From positions 1 through 55,579 of the forward strand of contig JAOUFI010000008.1 of NCBI GenBank assembly GCA_029858305.1: a stretch of DNA of 55,579 bases. The letters are read 5' to 3'. Below, piece by piece: positions 1 through 9,470 of this stretch. The stretch is from Candidatus Thorarchaeota archaeon (lineage in GTDB: Archaea > Asgardarchaeota > Thorarchaeia > Thorarchaeales > Thorarchaeaceae). A program made the translations under genes and the position numbers. The notes under the pieces are model-generated. The model was not told the DNA's origin. It did not search any database and was given only the letters and a program-made list of their open reading frames with translations. Numbering within the stretch: position 1 is the first letter of the stretch; the number at the start of each line of letters is the position of its first letter.

Positions 1-2097
1 ACGATAGCTGCCTTCAAACAATACTATCAGAGTGATTCAAGCGCCTTCTTCCTAGTAATTAGAGAGATAAGTACGCAATTGACCTCATTAAATGGGACTG
101 CGGCAGTAGTGGGTTTTGGAAAGAACTATAGATTGTACATGAACTACACAACGATTCCAGGTACTGGGCTTTCTGGTGCAGATGTGACCATTGCAAATGT
201 CGTCCCGGCTATCGGTCTCATTTGGGAAAACACTACGCCTGAATTCGGAGGTCTTTACTCAATCCTACTAACCCCCCTAGAATCAAATACCTTTACAGTT
301 TTGGTACAAGCTAGTCTATTCAATCACCAAACCCAATTCGTTCTCTTTACATTGACTGCCACGGCAATCGCCACAACTCTTACAGTGCTAAATACTAGTA
401 CTTCAATATCTCTTGATCAGACCTTTACTGCATATTTGCTATTTCAGGATGAGGATCTCGTTGGATTGGGAGATGCAAACCTGACAATCCAGAATTCTCC
501 GGTTGGAGTATCTATCTCTGAATTTGATGTAATTGGAAATGGATACTACCGAGTAACTCTTACACCTGAACAGGTTGGGACATTTGATGTGATTTTCAAA
601 GCTAGCAAGAATGGATATCAAAATGGCTATGCGAGTTTCACATTAGGCGCTGTTAGAATTCCGACAGACCTTCATATTGGCAGTGGTCTGTCATCAGATT
701 CAATGATGTTTTCAGAGTCCTATCAGTTATTCGTCATTTATGACCGAACAGATTCAGGGGCTAATATTACAGGCGGGACAATCGATTTGCAACTATCTCC
801 AGATACTGGCATCTCTTGGTCATATATCGAGGTTGATGAAGGATATCTCATAACAATTGAGACTACACGAACTGGAAGATGGACACTAATTGTAACAGCC
901 CTGAAAGAATCACATACAAGTAGTACTGCCGAGTTCATCCTCGATGTCACTCCAATTCCGATTCATCTAACATTGCTATCAAACACCTCGATTGTGGAGG
1001 GGTCAATCTACTACCTAAGAGTGCAAATAGTACAACAGGGAACATCAATACCAATCACGAATGCGACTCTAACATATCGAATTTCACCGACTGGATCTGG
1101 CGAATTCTTTGAAATGCATGAGACCACTACCGATGGAGAGTATTTAGCTGAATTCCCCATGCCTCTATACTCTGATGAAACTGAATATACACTTGAAATC
1201 AGGATTGAGAAGGATAATTACGAGTATCCTCAATCTATCTTCGAACAACGCATTACCAAGACCATCAATTGGCCTGTTCGAATGACACCCATAGTAATTG
1301 GAGGAAGTGGTATTGCTAGTGCTTTCTTTGTTTTACTTGTTGGATTACGAATTTCCACTAGGAGAAAGAAGAAACAGCTTAGTCATGACCTCGCTGTCAA
1401 ACAACGATTTGATGACGCTGACAATATTATTGGTGTTATCATACTTCACAAGAAAAGCGGTCTTCCGATTTATTCGAAAATGATGAAAGGTGGATTCGAG
1501 GAAGGTATAGTGGCAGCTTTCATCACTGCAGTTACTCACTTTAGAGAAGAGTTCGAGATGTTCGATGAAGAGACGATGATAGTTGTACCAATTTCCGATA
1601 TCATCCGTGCAGTTCAGACTAAGAATCTAATTTGTGCAATCATTACGGTAAAATCTGCTTCAATTGAGCATAATCGGAAAATGGAAGAATTCGCTCGTCA
1701 GGTATCAACATATCTTGATGATTTGGTGGGAGACCGTCCGAATGGTATTATTGATTCTAAAGTTGTTGAAATGCTCGAATATGTCTTCAATACAACAATG
1801 GATGGATTCCTTCTTCAACACTACAAAGTCGCTACAGCTGAGAAGTTTCCAAAGCGATATGAGATACTAGACGCAACTTTGCATGACACTGATACACGTC
1901 ACTGTACAAAGCCTGTCCTGCTAGCTAAGAGCCTCACGAGTTATGGTGTTTCTGAGGCAAGAGGATGTAGTCTTGTATTGGAAGCAATTGAGAAGGAACT
2001 AATCATACTCTGTACAGAAGAGGAAACCGAGACCCCGGAGATTAACTTTGCCGATTTCTTCTCAAAGCCAGATAGGGCTGAATCAGAAGAAACTTAG
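1..2097 (+). CDS. 5'-partial large surface protein: beta-rich (Ig-like) repeats, single TM helix, cytoplasmic longin-like domain
   Basis: Frame 1 is open from base 1, so the start lies outside the window. Thr/Ser-rich beta repeats with many NxS/T sequons. TM (IVIGGSGIASAFFVLLVGL) is followed by RRKKK. Tail IIGVIILHKKSGLPIYSK...IVAAFITAV resembles a longin/roadblock-type fold. Confidence 0.75.
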   Translation, partial: TIAAFKQYYQSDSSAFFLVIREISTQLTSLNGTAAVVGFGKNYRLYMNYTTIPGTGLSGADVTIANVVPAIGLIWENTTPEFGGLYSILLTPLESNTFTVLVQASLFNHQTQFVLFTLTATAIATTLTVLNTSTSISLDQTFTAYLLFQDEDLVGLGDANLTIQNSPVGVSISEFDVIGNGYYRVTLTPEQVGTFDVIFKASKNGYQNGYASFTLGAVRIPTDLHIGSGLSSDSMMFSESYQLFVIYDRTDSGANITGGTIDLQLSPDTGISWSYIEVDEGYLITIETTRTGRWTLIVTALKESHTSSTAEFILDVTPIPIHLTLLSNTSIVEGSIYYLRVQIVQQGTSIPITNATLTYRISPTGSGEFFEMHETTTDGEYLAEFPMPLYSDETEYTLEIRIEKDNYEYPQSIFEQRITKTINWPVRMTPIVIGGSGIASAFFVLLVGLRISTRRKKKQLSHDLAVKQRFDDADNIIGVIILHKKSGLPIYSKMMKGGFEEGIVAAFITAVTHFREEFEMFDEETMIVVPISDIIRAVQTKNLICAIITVKSASIEHNRKMEEFARQVSTYLDDLVGDRPNGIIDSKVVEMLEYVFNTTMDGFLLQHYKVATAEKFPKRYEILDATLHDTDTRHCTKPVLLAKSLTSYGVSEARGCSLVLEAIEKELIILCTEEETETPEINFADFFSKPDRAESEET

Positions 2098-2192
2098 AAT
2101 CAGAGCGCTATAAGCCCCAGGTAGAACGCTCTTTCATCATCGGTGAATTGAAATGAGGATATGTCTTCAAAAGTGCGAGGAGATTATCAATC

Positions 2193-2903
2193 ATGAGCCC
2201 CGGATTTCTCAGTGATAAGAGAGCTGTTGCAGCAATCATTATAGCTATCCCTCTTGCGATAGTAGCAATAGTGTTTGTTCGACCTATTGACTTCACCATC
2301 TCTATGGTAGTATTTGGTATAGCTTTGGTCTTGTTTCTCTTTGCATGTCTTTTGGACACAATAGATGAGCTTCAACCCACTTCAACATTGGCAGGTACTC
2401 CAAAAGTTGAGAAGAAGGTCAAGGAAAAGACAAAAGCAAAGGCTTCCGCAAAACCATCCGATGAGCACGCTGAGGTCTATATGCCCGAGGTAGTCAAACC
2501 TACTATTGAGCCTAGTAAGCTTCCGATTGAAACAATTGAAGGAATTGGTCCAGTCTATGGCAAGCTACTGCGTGATGCAGGATTTCCCACCGTTGCAGAT
2601 ATGATTGCTGTAGATGCTGAGAGAATTGCTGAGATTTGCGATGTGAATATTGAGCACGCTGAGAAATGGATTGCCATGAGTCGTTTCGCTTGGCTTGATG
2701 AGATCTCTGAGGAAGATGCAGAGGCTATCGTCTTTGCTACAGGAATAACTGACCTTGAATCCCTGGCTAACGCAGACGCTGATGATGTACTTGCAAAGAT
2801 CGGGAAGGCTCTTGCTGATGGTGATGTTCGAGTGCCTTCAGGGTATGTTATCACTATTGAGAAAGTAAGAAAATGGATTGATTCCGCTAGGAAACTAGCT
2901 TAA
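2193..2903 (+). CDS. Membrane-anchored helix-hairpin-helix protein (DUF4332-like)
   Basis: Two N-terminal TM helices, Lys-rich linker, IEGIGPVYGKLLRDAG HhH motif and a second degenerate repeat. Confidence 0.7.
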   Translation: MSPGFLSDKRAVAAIIIAIPLAIVAIVFVRPIDFTISMVVFGIALVLFLFACLLDTIDELQPTSTLAGTPKVEKKVKEKTKAKASAKPSDEHAEVYMPEVVKPTIEPSKLPIETIEGIGPVYGKLLRDAGFPTVADMIAVDAERIAEICDVNIEHAEKWIAMSRFAWLDEISEEDAEAIVFATGITDLESLANADADDVLAKIGKALADGDVRVPSGYVITIEKVRKWIDSARKLA

Positions 2904-2922
2904 CTTTACCTCAGGTGTTGTA

Positions 2923-3345
2923 ATGAGACCAGAATTGATTGCTCCTTGCGGAATAAATTGTGCAGTATGTGTTGCATTTCTCGGATATACAATGAGTGGA
3001 AAAAAGAGAAAGCACCCATGTCTTGGATGCCGTTCCTTGGACATCTCAGGCAAGTCACTCTCAAGAAAGAACTGCGCCTTTATGAAGAAACATTGTGACC
3101 TTCTGGCAAAAGACCAAGTCACATTTTGTTTTGAGTGCCCTGAATTTCCCTGTCGGCATTTGAAAAAGCTTGATGACGGCTATGTGCGAAACTACAACAC
3201 GAGTTTGATTGAGAATCTTAACTTGATAAAGAAACTCGGTATGAAGCGATATCTTCGCGATCAGAAAAAGAAATACACCTGTCCTCAGTGTGGTGGAGTC
3301 ATCTCTGTTCATACCAAACGTTGCTACAGCTGTTCCATTCCTTGA
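2923..3345 (+). CDS. Cys-rich protein (DUF3795-like)
   Basis: IAPCGINCAVC, CLGC, FCFECPEFPC, CPQC, CYSC; AGGTG SD-like sequence upstream. Confidence 0.75.
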   Translation: MRPELIAPCGINCAVCVAFLGYTMSGKKRKHPCLGCRSLDISGKSLSRKNCAFMKKHCDLLAKDQVTFCFECPEFPCRHLKKLDDGYVRNYNTSLIENLNLIKKLGMKRYLRDQKKKYTCPQCGGVISVHTKRCYSCSIP

Positions 3346-3439
3346 AGCAATGGTTTCTCTCTCCTCGCCTATTTTGGAATTGAAAATTTAGGTTGCGATA
3401 AATCGCGTGAAAATCGTGCGAAAAAGTATATAGTCTGCC

Positions 3440-3718
3440 TTGAACAGTGCCCTAAATGAGGTGAGCTTCGTGACGGAGGATGAGTATTCAATCTTACAGA
3501 AAAAACTCAAACGGTTATGGAGGGCAATTAGTCTATTATTCATCATGGTTGTCCTTTTATTTGCCATTCTTCTGAATTTTTATTTGGTTCTGTATAACTG
3601 GGTGGTTCATGACGATCGAAATATCCCCTTTATGGGTGACATCACACTGATTCTAGTAACATCCACTGTTGTATTCTTCTTTGCTGTACTCATCTCAGCT
3701 ACAGCACTTTCAGAATAG
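3440..3718 (+). CDS. Small two-TM membrane protein (true start probably GTG near 3470)
   Basis: GAGGTGA SD just upstream of GTG ACG GAG; two hydrophobic helices. Confidence 0.55.
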   Translation: MNSALNEVSFVTEDEYSILQKKLKRLWRAISLLFIMVVLLFAILLNFYLVLYNWVVHDDRNIPFMGDITLILVTSTVVFFFAVLISATALSE

Positions 3719-3968
3719 GACTAATTTTCTTCGCAAATAATCAACACCCTCGCCCCTTTCCTTCTCTTGGAACTCGATTTTTAGGGTGCATTCTACAGGC
3801 CTCTCCAACCTCCTAGAACCCTTATGTAGATATATTGTGAGAATCAGACCAGTGTATTCTCAACGTATTACAACAATATCATTAACATAACACTTAGCTT
3901 TATTTGATTTCCATGCGTAATAGAGGTTAGTTGTACCACACAACTTGAATATGTACGGAGAATGCGAA

Positions 3969-4109
3969 ATGGCCGAAACGACAAGACCAACATCAACCCT
4001 CCAGAAGAACGCTGAAGTCCTTCACACTCTCTATGGTCTTCTAGATAGCGACCGTGAGCCAACAGATCAAGACGCGATGAGTTTGCGATATCTGTATGCG
4101 AGTTCCTGA
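3969..4109 (+). CDS. Micropeptide A, 46 aa (MAETTRPTSTLQKNAEVLHTLYGLLDSDREPTDQDAMSLRYLYASS)
   Basis: Translated by hand. GGAG at 3957-3960; in-frame alternative ATG at 3951; followed by three hairpins; lies in an otherwise gene-poor gap. Confidence 0.5.
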   Translation: MAETTRPTSTLQKNAEVLHTLYGLLDSDREPTDQDAMSLRYLYASS

Positions 4110-4121
4110 CATTATCATGCT

Positions 4122-4209
4122 CCTCATTATTCAATGAGGTCAATTCGCTGTCTCCGTGCACCTCCCGGCATCAGAGACACAGTGGGCGGACTCCCCTAGG
4201 TCTGCCCAC
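4122..4209 (+). other. Three consecutive stem-loops 3' of micropeptide A
   Basis: CCTCATT-attc-AATGAGG (4122-4139); TGTCTC..GAGACA (4149-4179); GTGGGCGGAC-tcccctag-GTCTGCCCAC (4182-4209, 10 bp with one G-U). Confidence 0.55.
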
Positions 4210-4222
4210 ACCATTTCTGAAA

Positions 4223-4549
4223 TCAATCGATGTGAATAAAATGTCCGTGCGAAAAACGAAACTTGATAGTTCCGCTGGCACAAGAACACTTCTCAGGAAA
4301 CATAGACTTCGCCTTGCAAAGATCAGCGCAGAGCGACGCGCGGTCAAGACTTAGTTCTGCTCCCTTTTCATATTGGCGTAACTTGGTTGAGAAATTACCA
4401 AACCATAACTTTAGAACACATGTTCCAATACTATGTGTACACTCATTATTTGGCTTAGAATCTCTTTGATAGTTGGATTGAAGCTTGGCTAGAGGAAGGA
4501 GTTCTACCTCTGGATGCTTCTCAGAAGCAGAGAAGACAATATCGTTCAT
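4223..4549 (-). CDS. Hypothetical Cys-containing protein (doubtful)
   Basis: ATG-initiated 108-aa ORF co-oriented downstream of the kinase; no recognised motif. Confidence 0.3.
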   Translation of the reverse strand: MNDIVFSASEKHPEVELLPLAKLQSNYQRDSKPNNECTHSIGTCVLKLWFGNFSTKLRQYEKGAELSLDRASLCADLCKAKSMFPEKCSCASGTIKFRFSHGHFIHID

Positions 4550-4638
4550 TCATATGAATAATCACGAGGAATCAAGGCTTCATTTTATACATCGCCAAAT
4601 CCGAGATTAAGTCCATTCTGATTATTGCTGAGCACTAC

Positions 4639-5907
4639 TCATAGAACTGGAACAGTAATGAGAAACGCTGCACCCTTTGTTTCCTTCTCATCAATAAGTT
4701 CAATTGTGCCGCCGTATGATTCGACAATTCTTTTCGAGAGGTAGAGACCAAGACCTTTCCCTTCACCTTTAGTGGTTACACCTTTCTGAAAGATTCGAGG
4801 CTTGATGCTCGAATCAATGCCTGGTCCATTGTCGCGGTAAGTGATTATCAACATCTTCCCCACAAGTCCTAACCGGATGGTCACAACGGCACTTTCACCA
4901 ACATAATCAGCTGTATTCCTCAGCAAGTTTTCTAGTACCAGTGGGAGTAGGATGCCTGGACGGATATCTGCGGACTGAATTTCAGATTCAATCAAAAGAC
5001 TGATTCTTGCACCGCCACTGGTATGTTTGGCTCGATCAGCCATGTTCTGAAGGGTCATTAGAAAATCATATTCACCTCCTCTTCCAACAACGGAGAATAG
5101 TTTAATGACCCGCGACATTCTCTCACTAACCGCGAGGGCAGTTGAAAGGTATGATTCCCTGTCTGGAGGAACCACCATTGTTTCGTCAAGAAGCTCAATA
5201 TGTCCTCTCACTATCTGCATATCATTACCTAGATCATGAGTCAGGACTGAGGTGTATACTTCAAGCTCTCGCTGGCGTTGCTCAAGGAATTTCTTATGCT
5301 CCTCTAGCTGTGAAAGATAGTAATTTAGTATCCCTGAGAAGATCAAAACAACAAGGGAGAGTGAAACTTGGTCGATAATGGGTTCGAGTGCTGCCATGAG
5401 CCCTATATTCGGGTGAATCTCACAGTATACCAAAAGTCCAGTTGTGTTTCCAATAATGAGTAATGCTTCTAACTTCGTAGTGAGCCATTGACTGCCAAAG
5501 AGGGCTGCAACTACTGGCCAGAGGATCAAATTAAGTGCAACTCTCAATTCAGTCTGGTTGAATTCTACGAGTAGAAATAGATATGGCATGATTGCTAGAA
5601 AAAGAGTAGTGATGATACCTGCAGCTATAACATACTTTGTTCTGCTGATTATATAGATTGTAAGGAATATTGATGTGGCTAAGAAGAACAACGTAAGATT
5701 ATCGCGAAGAATACCGAGGACCAGTTGAATTAGAGGAAGCAGGATTACTATTAGAAGTAATGCAAATGATAGGAGTCGGGCTTTCGTTCGGAGCACATCG
5801 GAACGTATTCCCGCTGATGGCTCAATTAGAATCTGGCGAATCTTCTGAAATATAGAAACTTCTCTTGTCATGTGACTTGTATCTGACATTTCACATAACA
5901 TCCTCAC
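4639..5907 (-). CDS. Membrane-bound sensor histidine kinase
   Basis: About six N-terminal TM helices, H-box THDLGND, N-box ENLLRN, G1 DNGPGI, G2 GKGLGL. Confidence 0.92.
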   Translation of the reverse strand: MRMLCEMSDTSHMTREVSIFQKIRQILIEPSAGIRSDVLRTKARLLSFALLLIVILLPLIQLVLGILRDNLTLFFLATSIFLTIYIISRTKYVIAAGIITTLFLAIMPYLFLLVEFNQTELRVALNLILWPVVAALFGSQWLTTKLEALLIIGNTTGLLVYCEIHPNIGLMAALEPIIDQVSLSLVVLIFSGILNYYLSQLEEHKKFLEQRQRELEVYTSVLTHDLGNDMQIVRGHIELLDETMVVPPDRESYLSTALAVSERMSRVIKLFSVVGRGGEYDFLMTLQNMADRAKHTSGGARISLLIESEIQSADIRPGILLPLVLENLLRNTADYVGESAVVTIRLGLVGKMLIITYRDNGPGIDSSIKPRIFQKGVTTKGEGKGLGLYLSKRIVESYGGTIELIDEKETKGAAFLITVPVL

Positions 5908-6210
5908 TAAATAGTGTGAGATTCATTGCAATATCACTGAAAAAAAAGACATGTAAGGTTTGGTCGTGCATGTCAAACATCTTGTATGTTTGTATGTGGT
6001 CTGGATTTTTCTCAATACTCTAAGTATCAATCTAATAACTATTTAATCGATTCAAAGATGCCCTCTTTCCTGAATAATCCTTTTAATGACTCTCAAGACT
6101 TCTAGAGTTATCCAATTACTTGGCTTACCTTTCCGCTCAATCATTTCGTACATGGTACTTGCATAGTCCCTCTCGACAGACTTTTTCTGCGAAAGATATG
6201 ACCGCACAGT

Positions 6211-7116
6211 TCATCCTTCATGGCGCTCATTATTCAGACGAATCAATGTCTTGCGTTTATCTAAAGCAGGAATCGAATATACTAAGGCAAGGAGCAATGA
6301 AATCCCACAAGTGATTCCCGCCAGCCCGACATCTTGAATACTTCTTACTACCCATTCTCCGTAATACGCTGTCGGCAAGACTAATTGCCCAGGTGACTGG
6401 AATGCAAAAAAGAGTGATAAAAGGCCAAATGTCAGCAGGAGAACATCAAGCACAAGGAACAAGATCCATGCATATCTCCATCTTACTATCAAAAGAATCA
6501 CGATAATCAAAAAGAGCATGCCGATGGTCCATATTGCGTTCATCAAGCTACTGCCAAGCAAAGTCATATCCGGTCCTCTTATTGTCATGTAACCCTGGAC
6601 AAGAATGAAGAGGAACCCTCCAAGGAATGAATGCAGCACTACATTGATGAGGACAGGACCATCGTTTTCTAGAGTCTGCTGGCGATGAAGGGATTTCGAT
6701 ACTATTGAGTCTTGACTGAGTAAGCCAAGATTAACAACATTCAGAAGGCATAGGAAATACATCGGAATAATAAGTTCTGATAGTCTTGGCTGGAATACAG
6801 GAATGGGCAATAGCAGTGCAAGAATAGCTAATGAGCTTAGTAGAACCATCATGATAATACTCCATGGCTTCATCATTTTTAAGAGCCAAATAGCAAATAG
6901 TTGATATGCACCTATTACTCCCCAAACCAGTAAGATCAATTGCAGGCTCGGTGGATAATCTAGTCTATTCAATCCCGTTATACCGAAGAAGAAAAGAAGT
7001 ATTACACCTGACGACGCGTAGAGCCCTTCCAGAATCTCCTCCATAGTATGCCTACCTTGCATTTTAGCTAACATTGATATTTCCATCCAGACGCGCATTA
7101 GTTTCTGAGTTATCAA
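6211..7116 (-). CDS. Multi-pass membrane protein
   Basis: About eight hydrophobic helices in two similar halves; start uncertain. Confidence 0.65.
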   Translation of the reverse strand: MITQKLMRVWMEISMLAKMQGRHTMEEILEGLYASSGVILLFFFGITGLNRLDYPPSLQLILLVWGVIGAYQLFAIWLLKMMKPWSIIMMVLLSSLAILALLLPIPVFQPRLSELIIPMYFLCLLNVVNLGLLSQDSIVSKSLHRQQTLENDGPVLINVVLHSFLGGFLFILVQGYMTIRGPDMTLLGSSLMNAIWTIGMLFLIIVILLIVRWRYAWILFLVLDVLLLTFGLLSLFFAFQSPGQLVLPTAYYGEWVVRSIQDVGLAGITCGISLLLALVYSIPALDKRKTLIRLNNERHEG

Positions 7117-7257
7117 ATAGCTTTTCGAAAAAATGACAAATGAATTATTCTCAGTCTATAGAATTTGTCAACGCTTAATAAGCAATTGCAACTTTTCTGG
7201 CTACTGACATCGAAATCGCAATATGAATTCGATACATCCGTATATTGAGAGAATGCG

Positions 7258-7503
7258 ATGAGCGATTACCTGACAGGTGAGCATAATGGTTCTAGGTTGT
7301 CTGTCACAGGTGTTATTCTGTCAATCATGGCTATCGGGATTATCTTTGTGCTCATCAGAGCTCTAAATCCAGTCTATGGTCGATACATCATCAGTCAGGA
7401 GTATATGACGATACTTCTTGCTCTTCTAACTGCTTCAATAGTAATTGCAATCGTACTACGAAGGGTTCAGAAAGATCTCGATAGCGATGAATCATTTTTC
7501 TGA
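7258..7503 (+). CDS. Small two-TM membrane protein
   Basis: 81 aa, two hydrophobic segments, charged C-terminus. Confidence 0.6.
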   Translation: MSDYLTGEHNGSRLSVTGVILSIMAIGIIFVLIRALNPVYGRYIISQEYMTILLALLTASIVIAIVLRRVQKDLDSDESFF

Positions 7504-7777
7504 CCGCCATAGAATAAATGATTCTTCTGTTTCGTTAATTCTAGATGTCTTCTGTTTCGAATTACACACTTCAGTGCTCTTCAGACCTTGAGAATAATTC
7601 AATTACTTGACTTGCATTTTCGCCTAGTAATTCCAGAAATAGTTGCGGCACAATTTCTCAATAAGCTACTTTCCAGCGCTGAGTTTCATGCCCATGATAA
7701 CCTGCGTGCTAATCTTTAAACAGCCCCAGACCATCTAATACTTAACTAAATCCTATGTTTGGTTAGTGGTGGATTAA

Positions 7778-9445
7778 TTGAGGAGATTAATAGCAGTAGC
7801 CTCTCTGTTCATTATATGCAGCATACTTTGCTTTCAAACTGCTATGTTTCAAGAGTTTCCTGTTTCTGGCTCTGTAATGCCTGTTGCTACTCCATCTAGC
7901 GTATTGATGTTTTCTACATATATTGGAGGCAGCGATGATGATACGGTTCATTCTGTGGCTGTTGATGACAACGGGAGCATATACATCGCTGGTACCACAA
8001 AGTCGAATGATCTCCCTTCCGCTGATGGACCACGAATTCCATTTTCAGGTTCTAGTGACTATTTTGTAATGAAGTTAACAAATAATTGTGAATTAGTCTA
8101 TACAACTTACATCGGAGGAACATCCGCAGATGGCATTCCGAACCTTCATCCTGATGCTAGTTGTTCGATTGATGTTGATCAGTCTGGACATGTCTACATG
8201 ACAGGCTACACCACCAGTCCAGATTTTCCAGTGGTAAACGCTTGGGATGATACATACAATGGTAATGGCGACTGTTTTGCTTTGAAACTCAGTCCATCTG
8301 GCGATGCCATTGAATATGCCACTTTCATTGGCGGCAATAAACTTGACATGGGCATCACCATTTCTGTAGATGACTTGGGGAATGCATATATTTCCGGAAG
8401 AACATGTTCATCTGACTTTCCCACTCTGGCTTCATTTGATGATACACTTGGCGGAGTCCAGGATTGTTTCCTCTTGAAGCTCAACGTCACCGGACAAATC
8501 GTCTACTCTACGTTTGTGGGTGGCGAATCAGGTGGTGAAGGCTCGCATCCAAATGGTTTAGTTATAGACACAAATGGGAATGCATACATCATAGGATGGA
8601 CTAACTCTCAGGACTTTCCCACTGTCAATGCGTTCGACAGTACTTTAGACGGAATTAGTAGTGATGTCTTCTTCTGCAAGGTAAGTTCTGCAGGTCTTCT
8701 TCTTGCAAGTTCTTACTACGGAGGCATAGCCACAGATGAGAATGGCGGAATTGCTGTTGATGGAGAAGGAAACATCTATATCAGCGGTCATGGAAGCATC
8801 GGTTATCCAGGAACTATGGTTCTCTCAGACCATCCGGAGATTTTCGTTGCCAAATTTGACTCTTCTGGGAGAAACCTGATCTATTCCTCTGTCTTCGGTG
8901 GGATGTATTTTGACAACCCATTTGGTCTGCTAATTGATCAGGAAGGATGCCTATTTGTCACTGGAGCCACCGGGTCTTCTGACTTCCCTATGGTGAAGGC
9001 GTACGACAGCACCAATAATGGATTAGGTGACGCATTTCTGACAAAACTGTCCAGCGGTGGAGACAACATACTCTTCTCCTCGTATGTCGGTGGAAACTCA
9101 AGTGATATGGGAATCTCGCTGGCGAAAACCAACTCTGGTACAATCTACTTGGTAGGGATTACAAATTCCACCAATTTTCCAACTGTATCAACGCCCTTTC
9201 CAATGCACCAAAACCTTGATGGTTTTTTGGTGACGCTTGAGAACTCGTGGCCAAATGTGCCCCCTGAAGTCACCCCATCAACTTCAACATCCTCGCATCA
9301 AAATCCGAGCACTACTATAGTCACAGAGTTTGGACTTAGTTCTAATGAAATCAATCTTTTGCTCATTGCAGGAATTGGTATTGAATTAGTGGTCATCTTT
9401 TTACTCCTGCAAAATAGCTATAAGTCCTCGAGGAAAAGCCAATAG
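7778..9445 (+). CDS. Surface beta-propeller (SBBP-repeat) protein with C-terminal TM anchor
   Basis: Repeated YxT[YF]xGG...VDxxGNxYxxGxTxSxDFP...DxFxxKL units, signal peptide, S/T linker, TM and basic tail. Confidence 0.9.
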   Translation: MRRLIAVASLFIICSILCFQTAMFQEFPVSGSVMPVATPSSVLMFSTYIGGSDDDTVHSVAVDDNGSIYIAGTTKSNDLPSADGPRIPFSGSSDYFVMKLTNNCELVYTTYIGGTSADGIPNLHPDASCSIDVDQSGHVYMTGYTTSPDFPVVNAWDDTYNGNGDCFALKLSPSGDAIEYATFIGGNKLDMGITISVDDLGNAYISGRTCSSDFPTLASFDDTLGGVQDCFLLKLNVTGQIVYSTFVGGESGGEGSHPNGLVIDTNGNAYIIGWTNSQDFPTVNAFDSTLDGISSDVFFCKVSSAGLLLASSYYGGIATDENGGIAVDGEGNIYISGHGSIGYPGTMVLSDHPEIFVAKFDSSGRNLIYSSVFGGMYFDNPFGLLIDQEGCLFVTGATGSSDFPMVKAYDSTNNGLGDAFLTKLSSGGDNILFSSYVGGNSSDMGISLAKTNSGTIYLVGITNSTNFPTVSTPFPMHQNLDGFLVTLENSWPNVPPEVTPSTSTSSHQNPSTTIVTEFGLSSNEINLLLIAGIGIELVVIFLLLQNSYKSSRKSQ

Positions 9446-9470
9446 CTGAAGTTCGTGGCATGTCTAGTAA

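Noticed and set aside
4107-4209. Selenocysteine read-through of the peptide A TGA with a downstream SECIS
   Set aside because: The extension has no redox-motif context and the hairpins lack the AUGA/GA kink-turn core
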